Shown here in pieces: positions 38,088-52,200 of a stretch of 64,000 nucleotides of DNA. A program made the translations under genes and the position numbers. Within the stretch, counting starts at the first letter, position 1, and each line of letters starts with the position of its first letter. The DNA comes from Squalus acanthias. Lineage: Eukaryota. The notes under the pieces are model-generated. The model did not search any database. It was not told where the DNA came from and saw only the letters and a list, made by a program, of their open reading frames with translations. The stretch covers positions 61,134,001 through 61,198,000 of the forward strand of contig CM059432.1 of assembly GCA_030390025.1 (NCBI GenBank). The letters run 5' to 3'.

Positions 38088-38500
38088 ATCGTAGTATGAT
38101 ACAGCACAGGAAGAGGCTATTCGGTCCATCGTGCCTGTGCCGCCTCTTTGGTAGAGCTATCCAACACCCCTGCTCTTTCCTGACAGCCCTGTGAAAATGT
38201 TTCCCTTCAAGTATTTATCCAATTCCCTTTTGAAAGTTACTATTGAATCTGCTTCCACCACCCTTTTAGGCAGTGTTTTCCAGATACATACGAACAGTGA
38301 CGGACAGGTAAAGACCATCTGGTTCATCAAGCCGGTCCTCTGGTTAATGACCCTTCTGTCACTGGAAACAGTTTCTCCTTATTTACTCTATCATGATTTG
38401 AACACTTCTGTCAATCTCCTCTTAACCTTCTCTGCTCAAAGGAGAACAACCACAGCTTCTCCAGTCTCTCCACATAACTGAAGTCCCTCATCCCTGGTCA
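38088..38500 (-). mobile_element. CR1 3' fragment (decayed)
   Basis: ACAGCACAGGAAGAGGCTATTCGG tail region and reverse ORF2 C-terminal sequence (…EKLWLFSFEQRRLRGD…). Confidence 0.7.
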
Positions 38501-41500
38501 TAATGTAACAGTGAATTAGATAATAAAACCCCAATATCATTCCTTCAACTGCAACCCACAGCAATCCATTCTTATGTCTCTTTCTCTTGTCCTCTTCTAG
38601 GTATCTCATTCCGAATGAGGAAGATATGCAGCATCCAGGCCCCTCTGCTTCAGGCCTGCTAGCACTTCATCCCCTGAGCCATCGTTCACCTTCTTCCTCC
38701 CAAGTACCACTTTAGCTACTTGCACCCACGGGCCATTAGATAGTGATGCAAAGGGTAATGAACAGATAGAGCACAAGTAGGCAGGGGGATCCAGGATGCA
38801 AAATAAGGCAGACGTTGTTGGCCGAACAGTGAAGAGATGTTTGGCTGACAAGCCTCAGGGTACAGATCTTATGTCCAGCTTTTAAAACAAGGATGTGTGA
38901 GGGGCATCAAATATATGTACTGAGGATGATTTGCCAGAAAGAAAGCAAATGATAAAGTTCCACATCTGCTGTACTATGATGGATGTATGTGCAGCACTGT
39001 AGTCCAACCTTGAGCATATGGCTGCTCCAACAACATCTACAGCCAGCACATGCCCTGACAGCAGAGCCCATACGTACCTTCTGACATGGCTGTTGTGATT
39101 GCTGCCATAAGTTTTGAGTGCCTGAATGGAGAGGGTTGTCTCATCCAAGCTCCAAACAATTGGGGTTGGAATACACAGCTGTATATATCACAGCTTCAAT
39201 TATCTGATCAATGGTCAATCAGAGCCAATGCCTAGCACTAATAGCCTAGCCGATGTGTGGTCAAAGCAATGCAATATGTGCACACACCCTCTCAAATGCT
39301 TGCACGTGCAACAGAAAGAAGCCAGATCCAACCTGCCCTTCAACAGCATAAAAGACACAGCTTGCAGCAGATGCCTTTGGGTTACAACTGGCCTGAGATG
39401 AAGGCCATCTCCATCCACAGAGACTCCTGCAGGAACTCAGCCAAGAATGACTCCTGCAACTCTGGGAGCATGTAGGAAAAGCAGCAAGCTAGGTTTTAAA
39501 GAGCACGCAACAGTTAGTGGTATCGTGGTAAATCACAATGGAAGTAATTAGTAAGCAGACAAAAAAATTGTTTGCACTAATGTTCTTTATTCTGACAAGG
39601 CTTTTCCAAAGAAATGGAAGTCTCTTTGATTAGGTGGAATGTAAGGTGCTCATCTGAGTTCATTGTGACTGACTACCTTCTGTGTATGAATGCATCTTTC
39701 TGATGGGAAAGGGGTAGATGTTGATAGGTCTGTTAATATAGTGGCAGATTCCTTTTCCTTCCCCAGGTCCTCCACGAGGACTCCTTTTTGCCAGATGATA
39801 TTGCAAAGTACCCCCAGACCAATCAAGTGTCACTGTTCCCTTTTCCATGCTGTTACACAGAGGGCATGAGAATCACCCTTCCCCATTAGATTTGGTATTG
39901 TACACAATCAGATGCCAGATATGCAATTCATACAATACTAAAGTCATTAAAATTGCTTTTTGAATTCTGCTTTCAGTCATTTATTTTGTTAAACTTAACA
40001 ATTTTTTTGAAACATAATCATTTTGAATCAAAAATGCTATTACAAAATACACAAACTCCATTCCCCAGCCATCGTTTCCATTCCTGGCAACTATCTGACG
40101 CTGAGCCAGACAGTTCGCAACCTTGGTGTTGTGCTTGACCCCGAGATGAGCTTCCATCACCAAGACTGCCTACTTCCACCTCCGTAACATTGCTCGACCC
40201 TGCTTCAGCCCATCTGCTGCTGAAACCCTCATCCATGCCTTTGTTGCCTCTAGACTTGACTATTCCAATGCTCTCCTGGCCGACCTCCCATCATCCACTC
40301 TACATAAAATTGTATCTTAACTCACTCCAAGTCTTGTTCACCCATCACCCGTGTTTGCTGACCTACACGGGCTCCCTGTCCAACAATGCTTCAATTTTAA
40401 AATCTTCATCGTTGTTTTCAAATTGCTCCATGGTCTTTCCCCTCACTATCTCTGTAATCTCCTCCAGTCCTACTAGCCTTCGAGATCTCTGCACGCCTCC
40501 AATTCTGGCTTCTTGCGCATTCCAGATTTTAATCACACCGCATTGGCAACCGTGCTTTCAGTTGCCTTGGCCCTAAGCTCTGGAATTCCCTCCCTAAATC
40601 TCTCCACCACGCTACCTCTCTCTCTTCCTTTAAGATGCTCCTTAAAACCTTAATCAACAAATAACAGGAGCTTGTAACAAAGGTAATACAATAATCATGG
40701 GGGACTTTAATCTTCATATAGACTGGGCAAATCAAAGTGGCAAAGGTAGTCTCGAGGGCGAGTTCATGGAATGCATTCGAGACAGTTTCCTAGAACAATA
40801 CGTCATGGAACTAACCAGGCAACAAACTATTTTAGATCTTGTATTGTGCAATGAGACAGGGTTAATTAGAAATCTCATAGTAAAGGATCCTCTGGGGGAA
40901 AAGTGATCACAATATGATAAAATTTCACGTTGAGTTTGTGAGTGAAATACTTCAGTCAGAAACGAGAGTCTTAAATTTAAATGAAACCAATTACATAGGC
41001 ATGAGGGGCGAGTTAGCTAAGGTAGATTGGAAAATTAGCTTAAAAGGTATGATGGTAGAAAAGCAGTGGTAAACATTTAAAGAAATATTCCAAAATTCTC
41101 AACGAATATACATTCATTGAGAAATAAAAACTCCACGGGAAAAGTGACCCATCCGTGGCTAACTAAAGAAGTTAAGGATAGTATTAGATTAAAAGAAGAG
41201 GCTTATAATGTTGCAAAGAATAGTAGTAAGCCTGAGGATTGGGAGAGCTTTAGAAACCAGCAAAGGATCACAAAAAATTGATAAAAAGGGAGAAAATAAA
41301 ATGAGAGTAAACTAGCAAGAAATAGAAAAACAGATTGTAAGAGCTTCTACAAGTATGTAAAAAGGAAGAGAGTAGTAAAAGTAAGCGTTGATCCCTTAGA
41401 GGCTGAGACAGGAGAAATTATAATGGGGAATAAGGAAATGGCTGAGACTTTCAACAAAAATTTTGTATCTGTTTTCACAGTAGAAGACACAAAAAACATA

Positions 41501-41511
41501 CCAAAAATAGT

Positions 41512-43622
41512 ACATACGAACATATGAACATACGAATTAGGAGCAGGAGTAGGCGACTCAGCCCTTCGAGCCTGCTCCGCCATTCAATAAGATCATAGCT
41601 GATCCGATTACTCCACATTCCTGCGTACCCCCGATAACTTTTCATCCCCTTGCTTACCAAGAATCTATCTACCTCTGCCTTAAAAATATTCAAAGACTCT
41701 GCTTCCACCTGACCTCTGAGGAAGAGAGTTCCAAAGACTCACGACCCTCTATGAGAAAAAATTTCTCCTCATCTCTGTCTTAAATGGGTGACCCCTTATT
41801 TTTAAACAGTGACCCCTAGTTCTAGATTCTCCCACAAGAGGAAACATCCTCTCCACATCCACCCTGTCCAGGCCCCTCAGGATCTACAGGCCCAAAAATT
41901 CGGCCGTTCTCGGGTGAGTACTCAGTGTGTACTCACCCGTATTCATTCCCGAAGTGCTGGATTCCTGCATGCACTGCGCATGCGCGGGAAACCAGCACTT
42001 CCGGTATGGCGAAGGGGGCGGTTCCTAGGTGAACCGCGTGCGCACTAGAGGCTGCGCGCACGCAGCACACTTAGGTTTTTTTTCAGGTTTCAACGCGAGG
42101 GTAAGTATGGAAGATTCTACACAAGTAAAAAGGAGGCGTAAGACCCCTTTTGAACAAGGTAAGTAATTAATTAAGTGTCATTTTAAATTTTTTTCAACAG
42201 GTTTATCTTTTTTAGAGACTTTAGAGAAAGGTAAGTTTATTTTTATAACTTTTAAAAAGTATTTTAACTTTTTCAAAAATTTAAATTTTTGTTTAAAGTG
42301 GTTAATTTATTTCACTATAGTTATTTTATTAATGTGATGGTTTTTAAAAAACATTTATTTGAGGTTTAGCTGTTCTTTTGGGGCCGATTTCAATTCACAG
42401 ATTTGACAGGTCCTGTCAAATCTATGAATGAAAGATGGTCTGCTGCCATTGGCTCTCCATGGCCCACGTGATCCCAGGGGTCGCATCGCACTAACTGCGC
42501 CCCTGGAACATGTAAGCACTGCGCACCGGAACTAGGGAGAGGCCCAGGACCCGAAGTTGCTGCGGGGGCAAACAAGGACGGCAGACGCGGTAGGTGATAT
42601 CGCGCGCGATCCTTACCCCCGCGGCAAGCCTCCGAATCGAATTTCTAGGCCTATATGTTTCAATCAAGTCACCTCTTATTCTTCTAAACTCCAGCGGATA
42701 CAAGCCTAGCCTGCACAACCTTTCCTCATAAGACAACCCGCCCATTCCAGGTATTAGTCTAGTAAACCTTCTCTGAACTGCCTCCAACGCATTTACATCC
42801 TTCCTTAAATAAGGAGACCAATACTGTACACAGTACTCCAGATGTGGTCTCACCAATGCCCTGTATAACCTCCCTACTTTTGTATTCAATTCCCCTCGCA
42901 ATAAACGATAACATTCTATTAGCTTTCCTAATTACTTGCTGTACCTGCATAGTAACGTTTTGCGATTCATGCACTAGGACACCCAGATCCCTCTGCATCT
43001 CAGAGCTCTGCAATCTCTCACCATTTAGATAATATGCTTCTTTTTTATTCTTCCTGCCAAAATGGACAACTTCACATTTTCCCACATTATACTCCATTTG
43101 CCACATCTTTGCCCACTCACTTAACCTATCTATATCCCTTTGTAGCCTCCTTATGTCCTCTTCACAATTTACTTTCCTACCTATCTTTGTGTCATCAGCA
43201 AATTTAGCAACCATACCTTCGGTCCCTTCATCCAAGTCATTTATATAAATTGTAAAAGGTTGAGGCCCCAGCACTGATCCCTGTGACACACCACTCATTA
43301 CATCTTGCCAATCAGAAAATGACCCATTTATGCCTACTCTCTGTTTCCTGTTAGCTAGCCAATCTTCTATCCATGCCAATATGTTACCCCCTACACCATG
43401 AGCTTTTATTTTCCGCAATAACCTTTGATGTGGCACCTTATCAAATGCCTTCTGGAAATCTAAGTACAGTACATCCACCGGTTCCCCTTTATCCACAGCA
43501 CATGTTACTTCCTCAAAGAACTCCAATAAATTGGTTAAACATGATTTCCCTTGCACAAAACCATGTTTACTCTGCCTGATTACTTTGAACTTTTCTAAGT
43601 GCCCTGCTATAACGTCTTCGAT
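41512..43622 (-). mobile_element. 5'-truncated CR1 with (TTCGTATG)n tail, TSD AATAGT
   Basis: AATAGT at 41506-41511 and 43623-43628; RT motifs; very similar to the copy at 50016-52697. Confidence 0.92.
41889..42651. mobile_element. Harbinger-type MITE, family C (inverted relative to 32077-32842)
   Basis: TIR GGCCCAAAAATTCG versus reverse complement GGCCTAGAAATTCG; body is the reverse complement of 32077-32842; TSD imperfect. Confidence 0.85.
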
Positions 43623-44322
43623 AATAGTGGGGAACCAAGGGGCTAATAAGAGTGAGGAACCTAAAGTAATTAATATCAGTAGAGAAAAAATACTTGTGAA
43701 ACTAATGGGACTAAAAGCCAACAAATCCCCAGGGCCTAATGGCCTACAGCCTAGGGTTCTAAAAGAGGTGGCTGCAGAAATAGTGGATGCACTGGTTGTG
43801 ATCATCCAAAATTCCCTAGATTCTAGAACAGTCCCAGCGAATTAGAAGGTAGCAAATGTAACCCCACTATTCAAGAAAGGAGGGAGAGAGAAAACAGGGA
43901 ACTGCAGGGCAGTTAGCCTGCCATCAGTCTTCAGGAAATGCTGGAATCCATTATTAAGGAAGTGGTAACAGAGCACTTAAAAAATCATATGATTAGGCAG
44001 AGTCAACATGGTTTTATGAAAGGGAAATCTTGTTTAACCAATTTATCAGATAAAGGGGGACCAGTGGATGTAGTATATTTGGATTTCCAAAAGGCATTCG
44101 ATAAGGTGCCACATAAAAGATTGCTACGCAAGGTAAGGGCTCATGGGGTTAGGGGTAATATATTAGCATGCATAGAGGATTAGTTAACAGACAGAAACAG
44201 AGAGTAGGGATAAACGGGTCATTTTCAGGTTGGCAGGCTGTAACTAGTGGGGTGCCGCAATGATCAGTGCTTGGGCCTCAGCTATTTACAATGTATATTA
44301 ATGACTTAGTTGAAGAGATCAA

Positions 44323-45225
44323 GGGGGAAAAATTCAGTTGGTTGCGCCTCCCGTTAGCGCCTTAAGAGGGCGCTAATGGGGCGCAAATCATCTAGCGCCC
44401 GGGCGCGGCCATGTTTGTGCTGCTCGCAAAATTAACTAGACATTTTGCGGTGGCGCTAAACACTACCGCCACGATCTCCTGCGCCGGCAGATCGTGACGT
44501 CAGTCGAGTGCGCAACGCCCCGGTATCGCCCCGGAGCGGATATTGAGTGGCGCCCCCTGCCTTACCGCCTGCTGATAGCAACGACAGGTTGAGGGGAGCG
44601 TTTTGCAGTCAGGAAGGGACTGGGGGAGCGCTATTTAAAGGCGACCGCTTCCTGCCTTTTATTGTTGGTGACATTTTTGAACCACGCTTTCTGAGAGAGA
44701 GAGAGAGAGAGAGAGAAAGACTTCTGGAGAGATTCAACGCTGTGTGAGGGAGTTTTGGGTACTGAGCAGCACTTTGCAGGTTCATTTTGATTTGCCTTTC
44801 CTTGTATCGATTTAGAAGAGACTGTGGGGGCTGCACTCGGAGCACTTTCCCTGGTACTCTCCATTGTTCTTTCCAGCAGATTTGATGTACAGCTCTTTCC
44901 AGGCCGAGATTCAAGGCTGCAATGAGCAGGATGTGGATGGAAAGCAAGATCAACCCTCCCCTTTAAGAACTGGCCCGTGCCATTGTGTGTGTGTTCCATT
45001 GCTGACTGACATCACATGAGCTTCGCCAGCGCTCTGAGGTAGCGCCTCGCTCCTCGGCCTTTGCGCCTTAAGACAGGTGTGAAGCGCCTGATTTAGCACT
45101 CCAATCACCTCCAGGGGCGATAAAAGTCAAGTTTGCAGTCGGTGGCGATAATTAGCGCCAGGCGCTAATCTTTGCGCCCGGCCGATAATTGCGCCCCAAA
45201 TGGGGCGATACTGAATTTCTCCCCC
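44323..45225 (-). mobile_element. Harbinger non-autonomous element, family A (TSD CAA)
   Basis: GGGGGAAAAATTCAG / CTGAATTTCTCCCCC, CAA at 44320-44322 and 45226-45228; splits the CR1 RT just before FADD; internal (GA)n at 44693-44716. Confidence 0.92.
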
Positions 45226-45807
45226 CAAGTGTAATGTATGCATGTTTGCTGATGATACAAAGCTAGGTGGGAAAGTAAGCTGTGAGGAGGACACAAAGAG
45301 CCTATAAAGGGAAATAGACAGGTTAAATGAGTGGGCAATAAGGTGACAGATGGAGTATAATGTGAGGTTATTCACTTTGGTAGGAAGAATAGAAAAACAG
45401 AATATTTTTTAAATGGTGATAAACTATTAAATGTTGGTGTTCAGAGAGATTTAGGTGTCTTCGTACAGGAACCACAGGAAGTTAGCATGCAGGTACAGCA
45501 AGTAATTAGGGAGGCAAATGGCATGTTGGTCTTTGTTGCAAGGAGATTGGAGTACAAGAGTAAGGAAGTCTTACTACATTTGTACTGAGCTTTACTAAGA
45601 CCACACCTGGAGTACTGTGCAGAGTATTTGTTTCCTTATCTGAGAAAGGATATACATGCTTTAGAGGTGGTGCAACGAAGGTTCACTAGATTGATCCTTG
45701 GGATGAGAGTGTTGTCCTATGAGGAGAGATTGATTAGATTGGGCCTATACTCTCTGGAGTTTAGAAAAATGAGAGGTGATCTCTTTGAAACACATAAGAT
45801 TAACAAA

Positions 45808-46012
45808 AGAACATAAGATGTAGGAGCAGGAGTAGGTCATTTGGCCCCTCGAGCCTGCTCCGCCATTCAATAAGATCATGGCTGATCTGATCTTGGCCTC
45901 AACTCCACTTCCCTGCCCGCTCCCCATAACCCTTGACTCCCTTACCTTTCAAAAATCTGTCTATCTCCACCTTAAATATATTCAATGACCTAGCCTCCAC
46001 AGCTCTCTGGGG
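45808..46012 (-). mobile_element. CR1 3' fragment nested antisense in CR1
   Basis: AGAACATAAG tail and reverse 3' UTR inside the plus-strand CR1. Confidence 0.8.
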
Positions 46013-47859
46013 AAGAGGGGGATTGAGGGGGTAGATGCTGAGAGGTTGTTTCCCCTAGCTGGAGAGTCTAGAACCAGGGGGCATAGTCTCAGAATAAGGG
46101 GTCGGCCATTTAAGACTGAGATAAGGAGGAATTTCTTCACTCAGAGGGTTGTGAATCTTTGGAATTCTCTACCCCAAAGAGCTGTGGATGCTGAGTCATT
46201 GAATATATTCAAGGCTGAGATCGATAGATTTTTGGACTCTAGGGAATCAAGGGATATGGGGATCGGGCAGGAAAGTGCAGTTGAGGTCAAAGATCAGCCA
46301 TGACCTTATTGAATGGCGGAGCATGCTCGAGGGGCTATATGGCCTACTCCTGCTCCTAATTCTTATGCACTTATGTTATTTGCTGCCTCTTTGAACAAGC
46401 TTTTGGTCATCTGTCCTGATATCTCCTTCTGTGGCTCAGTGTCAAAAATGTTTTTATTGATATCGCTCTTGTTAAGCACCTTGGGATGTTTTGCCACGTT
46501 AAAAGCGCTATATAAATACAAGAATACAAGTTGTTGTTGTTGTTGAAGATTATAGGACTAGAAATTAGATTTGCTAATGAGACGGGTGGCAAGTCAGCGG
46601 CAGGATAGCTCCCCGTGCCACCATGAGGATGAGGCCCATGTCAAATTTGGCAAAATGCCTTGTCTGCATTTAACCGGTGAGCTGCAGATGCCGTTCGGCC
46701 ATCCCGACACAACTCGCTGGTTTAGAGGTCACCAATTTGGGCGGGCCACTAATCCAGCAGCTGCCCTCAGATAGGTCCTTGGCGGTTGGTGCATACAGGA
46801 GCGGGGCAAGCACAGACTGACAACAGCCCATGGTAGTACTGTGGAGCTAGGAGGGCAACACAAACCCAGAAAAATTGAATGGATTATGTGCAGTGCATGT
46901 TCCTCTCATTTTCTGCCCAATTTGGCATTGGGGTACTAAAAAAGCCATTAGACCCCTGATTGGCAAAACGAAGTCTACCAATTTGTCAGCTGGTGCACTT
47001 CCGGGGAAGAGAATCAGGCATGGGATGCCCTGATTTTGCACCCAAAAAACCAGGCACAAAGTATATGAATTTTTGCTCCAATAGTACTTGGTAGTATAAT
47101 GTAACCTCTGTTATTGATAACTCCAGAAGCAACATCTTTACAGAATTCACCAGCTTGGTAAATGCCTATACAATTTAATCCCATATTTCTTCTACAATTC
47201 ATTTAATTTATCTGAACTTATTGCCTTTATGAATTTTAGATAATATTTTAACTTTCCTAACTTTTAGTAACCTTTAGATCAATTGGCAAAATTTACATTT
47301 CACTGACATTTCCTATTTTCATTTTGCAATAGCCTTTGTGAATCAGATATAGTTTGAATCAGTCTTGCTGCAAACTTAGCCTCTGACCAAAAATTAAAAG
47401 AATTTATGGACTTTGTTTCAACAATGATTTGTGGCAGAGTATTCCACATCCAAACTGCACTCTGTAAGAATGTTTTCCTAACCTCCACTTTAATTCGATT
47501 TGTGATTATCTTTGTGCCTTCTTGTTACCATCTTGCTGACCAGTGAAAACAATAAACCACTAGTTACATCAAAGTAAGAAACAGTGGGCTAGAAAAGTGG
47601 AATTATGTTTGTGGAGAATACCACAAAAAAAGGATGCCTATACCAAGGGCAGCAATTTTGCCTTCTTTCGCATGTTTATCCTGCACATGTTTGGATTATC
47701 CCACAGCATTAAAGATAGAGGTGGGTAGAGGATTCTATTATTATGTAAATTTATTATCTTCAGTACCTCAGTTCTTAAGGAATTTATAAATTAAAATAAT
47801 AATAGTATTTATAAAGGTAGGAAGACTGTTTCACATCACCACCTTACACCACCTGACGT

Positions 47860-48835
47860 AGTTCCTCAGGGCAGTGTCCTATGCCCAACCTATCTTCAGC
47901 TGCTTCATCAATGACCTTCCCTCCAACATAAGGTCAGAAATAGGGATGTTCGCTGATGACTGCACAGTGTTCAGCACCATTCACAACTCCTCAGATAAAG
48001 AAGCAGTCGATGCCTGCATGCAACAAAACCTGGACGACGTTCAGGCTTGGGCTGATAAGTGGCATGTAACATTTGCGCCACAGAAGTGCCAGGCAATGAC
48101 TATCTCCAACAAGCGAGAGTCTAACCACCGCCCCTTGATATTCAACGGCATTACCATCGCTGAATCCCCCACCATCAACATCCTGGGGGTCACCATTGAC
48201 CAGAAACTTAACTGGACCAGCCACATAAATACTGTGGCAACAAGAGCAGGTCAGAGGCTAGGTATTCTGCGGCGAGTGACTCACCTCCTGACTCCCCAAA
48301 GCCTTTCCACCATCTACAAGGCACTAGTAAGGAGTGTAATGGGATACTCTCCACTTGCCTGGATAAGTGTAGCTCCAACAACACTCAAGAAGCTCGACAC
48401 CATCCAGGACAAAGCAGCCCGCTTGATTGGCACCCCATCCACCACCTTAAACATTCACTCCCTCCACCACCGGCGTACTGTGGCTGCAGTGTATACCATC
48501 TACAAGATGCATGGCAGCAACTCACCAAGGCTTCTTCGGCAGCACCGCCCAAACCCGCGACCTCTTCCACCTAGAAGGACAAGGGCAGCAGGCACATGGG
48601 AACACCACCACCTCCAAGTTCCCCTCCAAGTCACACACCATCCTGACTTGGAAGTATATCGCCAATCCTTCATCGTCGCTGGGTCAAAATCCTGGAACTC
48701 CCTCCCTAACAGCACTGTGGGAGTACCTTCACCACATGGACTGCAGCAGTTCAAGAAGGCAGCTCACCACCACCTTCTCAAGGGCAATTAGGGATGGGCA
48801 ATAAATGCTGGCCTTGCCAGCGACGCCCACATCCA
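47860..48835 (+). mobile_element. 5'-truncated CR1/L2-group LINE (family B) with an open 305-aa RT C-terminal frame
   Basis: VPQGSV, FINDLP, MFADDCT, ILGVTID and WNSLP; 3' end shared with 385-836 and 57170-57952. Confidence 0.9.
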
Positions 48836-49281
48836 ATAAACAATTTTTTAAAATGTAGTCTAGGGAAATTGTTTTGACGTTGGTCCACAAAATGGACATA
48901 ATCCACGTGGAATGAGCTTTTACTTTCTCTGACGGTTGTTAAAAGCCCAATTCATAACATAAGAGTATATACACGTTCCATGATATTGTAGGACCAAAGT
49001 ACGCTGCCAGAATAGTGGGACAGGTTCAATCCTACACTATGTCAATTTGGTTAGAAATTTCAAACAAGGTCCAAGGGTACTCAAACTGAACACCAAGAAA
49101 ACTATGGTGGATCTGCTACAGGAGCTTAAATTGCAAATGCTGAAACGAATCACACTCTCTCCAGCAAAGACAGATACCAGGAGTTTCTGAGAAGAAACTC
49201 TGGACTGAATTTCATCCTAGGTATTAAAGCCAAGTTGGCAGGTCACCTTGGTGACTGGTATTGGTTTTCAAGTATTATTGG

Positions 49282-52200
49282 TGTGGGGACATTTGCGGTC
49301 AGCAGAAGTGATGGCGTTCGCCCCTGGCCCTGAAGTACACTTTGCACAAGGATCTCACAATCCCTGTGTCGAGAACTTCGGGTTTTCCGACATTCAATAC
49401 AAATCAACAAAGTATAGTGGGGATCCCCTTGTGCGAACTGCTGTGACATCAACAAGCTGTCGAAGCAGCCAATCAAAATGCAGAATTCTCACAGAGAACA
49501 AGGAAGTGAGTAAGCTCTTAAAATTCTAACTTTTTAAAAATGTTAGAGAGAGCAAAACAAAGATTGGGGCTCTCACATGGGGAATAGGAAAACCTGAAAT
49601 AAAGATGGCCAAACTTCAAAAAAAAATTAAAAATCTTTTTTGAAAAGTTACTTAAAAATTTTAATTTTATTAAAAATTGACAAATTTCACACTGGACAAA
49701 ATTAAAATTAGTTTTCCAGGCCTTTAAAATTTGTCCAGCAGTAATATGCTGTTAAAACCCCAATTACACCTAATCCCTTTGGGTCTAACTTTTAGTGGGG
49801 AATTGAACAGTGTAATTACTGTGGAACAGCTGAAGTTTTTGTCAGTTTCCCTAATTTCGGTGATTACACAGATTGCCGGCTCTGTTGCGGGGGGCGGGGT
49901 GGGTGGATGTAGTGGTGGTGGGGGGGGATGATGGTGGCATAACGCAGCCTGTTTCGGAGCGGTCAATGACAAACCCCAATTTCAGGATTTCTGCATGCGC
50001 CAAATCCTGAAGTTACGAACATACATACGAACATACGAATTAGGAGCAGGAGTAGACCACTCGGCCCTTCGAGCCTGCTCCACCATTCAATAAGATCATG
50101 GCTGATCCGATTACTCCACATTCCCGCCTACCCCCGATAACTTTTCACCCACTTGCTTACCAAGAATCTACCAACCTCTGCCTTAAAAATATTCAAAGAC
50201 TCTGCTTCCACCGCCCTCTGAGGAAGAGAGTTCCAAAGACTCACGACCCTCTGTGAGAAAAAAATTCTCCTCGTCTCTGTCTTAAATGGGTGACCCCTTA
50301 TTTTTAAACAGTGACCCCTAGTTCTAGATTCTCCCACAAGAGGAAACATCCTCTCCACATCCACCCTGTCCAGGCCCCTCAGGATCTTATATGCTTCAAT
50401 CAAGTCACCTCTTATTCTTCTAAACTCCAGCGGATACAACCCTAGCCTGTCCAACCTTTCCTCATAAGACAACCCGCCCATTCCAGGTATTAGTCTAATA
50501 AACCTTCTCTGAACGGCTTCCAACGCATTTACATCCTTCCTTAAATAAGGAGACCAATACTGTACACAGTACTCCAGATGTGGTCTCACCAATGCCCTGT
50601 ATAACTGAAGCATAACCTCCCTACTTTTGTATTCAATTCCCCTCAAAATAAACGATAACATTCTATTAGCTTTCCTAATTACTTGCTGTACCTGCATTGT
50701 AACCTTTTGTGATTCTTGCACTAGGACACCCAGATCCCTCTGCATCTCAGAGCTCTGCAATCTCTCACCATTTAGATAATATGCTTCTTTTTTATTCTTC
50801 CTGCCAAAATGGACAACTTCACATTTTCCCACATTATACTCCATTTGCCACATCTTTGCCCACTCACTTAACCTATCTATATCCCTTTGTAGCCTCCTTA
50901 TGTCCTCTTCACAATTTACTTTCCTACCTATCTTTGTGTCATCAGCAAATTTAGCAAACAAACCTTCGGTCCCTTCATCCAAGTCATTTATATAAATTGT
51001 AAGAAGTTGAGGCCCCAGCACTGATCCCTGTGACACACCACTCATTACATCTTGCCAATCAGAAAATGACCCATTTATGCCTACTCTCTGTTTCCTGTTA
51101 GCTAGCCAATCTTCTATCCATGCCAATATGTTACCGCAATAACCTTTGATGTGGCACCTTATCAAATGCCTTCTGGAAATCTAAGTACAGTACATCCACC
51201 GGTTCCCCTTTATCCACAGCACATGTTACTTCCTCAAAGAACTCCAATAAATTGGTTAAACATGATTTCCCTTGCACAAAACCATGTTGACTCTGCCTGA
51301 TTACTTTGAACTTTTCTAAATGCCCTGCTATAACGTCTTTAATAATAGCTTCTAACATCTTCCCTATGACAGATGTTAAGCTAACTGGTCTGTAGTTTCC
51401 TGCTTTCTGTCTCCCTCCCTTTTTGAATAAAGGAGTTATATTCGCTATTTTCCAATCTAATGAAACCTTCCCCGAATCTAGGGCATTTTGGAAAATTAAA
51501 ACCAACGCATCAACTATCTCACTGGACACTTCTTTTAAGACCCTGGGATGAAGTCCATCAGAACCCGGGGACTTGTCAGCTCGCAGCTCCAACAATTTGC
51601 TCAGTACCACTTCCCTGGTGATTATAATTTTCTTGAGTTCCACCCTCCCTTCCATTTCCTGATTTACAGCTATTTCTGGGATGTTACTTGTATCCTCTAT
51701 AGTGAAGACCGATGCAAAATCCCTGTTCAATTCAACTGCCATCTCCTTATTTTCCATTATTAATTCCCCAGACTCACTTTTTATAGGACCAACGCTCACT
51801 TTGTTAACTCTTTTCTTTTTTAAATATCTATAGAAACTCTTACTATCTGTTTTTATATTTCTAGCTAGCTTTCTATCGTACTCTAATTTTTCTCTCCTTA
51901 TTAATCTTTTAGTCATTCTTTGCTGTTTTTTATATTCTGTCCAATCGTCTGACCTGCCACCCATCTTTGCGCAATTATATGCTTTTTCTTTAAGTTTAAT
52001 ACTATCTTTAACTTTTTTAGTTAACCACGGATGGTGGGTCCTCCCCTTGGAATTTTTCTTTCTTATTGGAATGTATATATTGTGTATTTTGAAATATCCC
52101 CTTAAATGTCTGCCACTGCAACTCTATTGACCTATCCTTTAACCTAATTTGCCAGTTAACTTTAGCTAGCTCTACTTTCATGCCCTCATAATTGCCCTTA

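Larger units (their letters stand above)
40655..46380 (+). mobile_element. CR1 LINE (decayed ORF2) nested in L2, itself carrying further insertions
   Basis: MGDFNLHIDW (40697), KSPGPNG (43720), DFQKAFDKV (44080), FADDTK (45246), LWNSLP (46158), 3' UTR to about 46380. Confidence 0.88.
40060..46545 (+). mobile_element. L2 LINE 3' portion split by a 5.7-kb nested insertion (pieces about 40060-40652 and 46385-46545)
   Basis: VRNLGVVLDPEMSF, LIHAFVASRLDYSNALL and LWNSLP…LLKT before the insertion; resumes CCTCTTTGAACAAGCTTTTGG and ends in a (GTT)n tail. Confidence 0.8.

Noticed and set aside
42491..43845. Novel fusion proteins (ORFs 42759-43805, 42491-42901, also 32719-33438 and 31971-32303)
   Set aside because: They read across insertion junctions between nested elements.
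46553..46920. Additional MITE (GGACTAGAAATT…TTTTCTGCCC)
   Set aside because: TIR match is weak and no TSD is evident.
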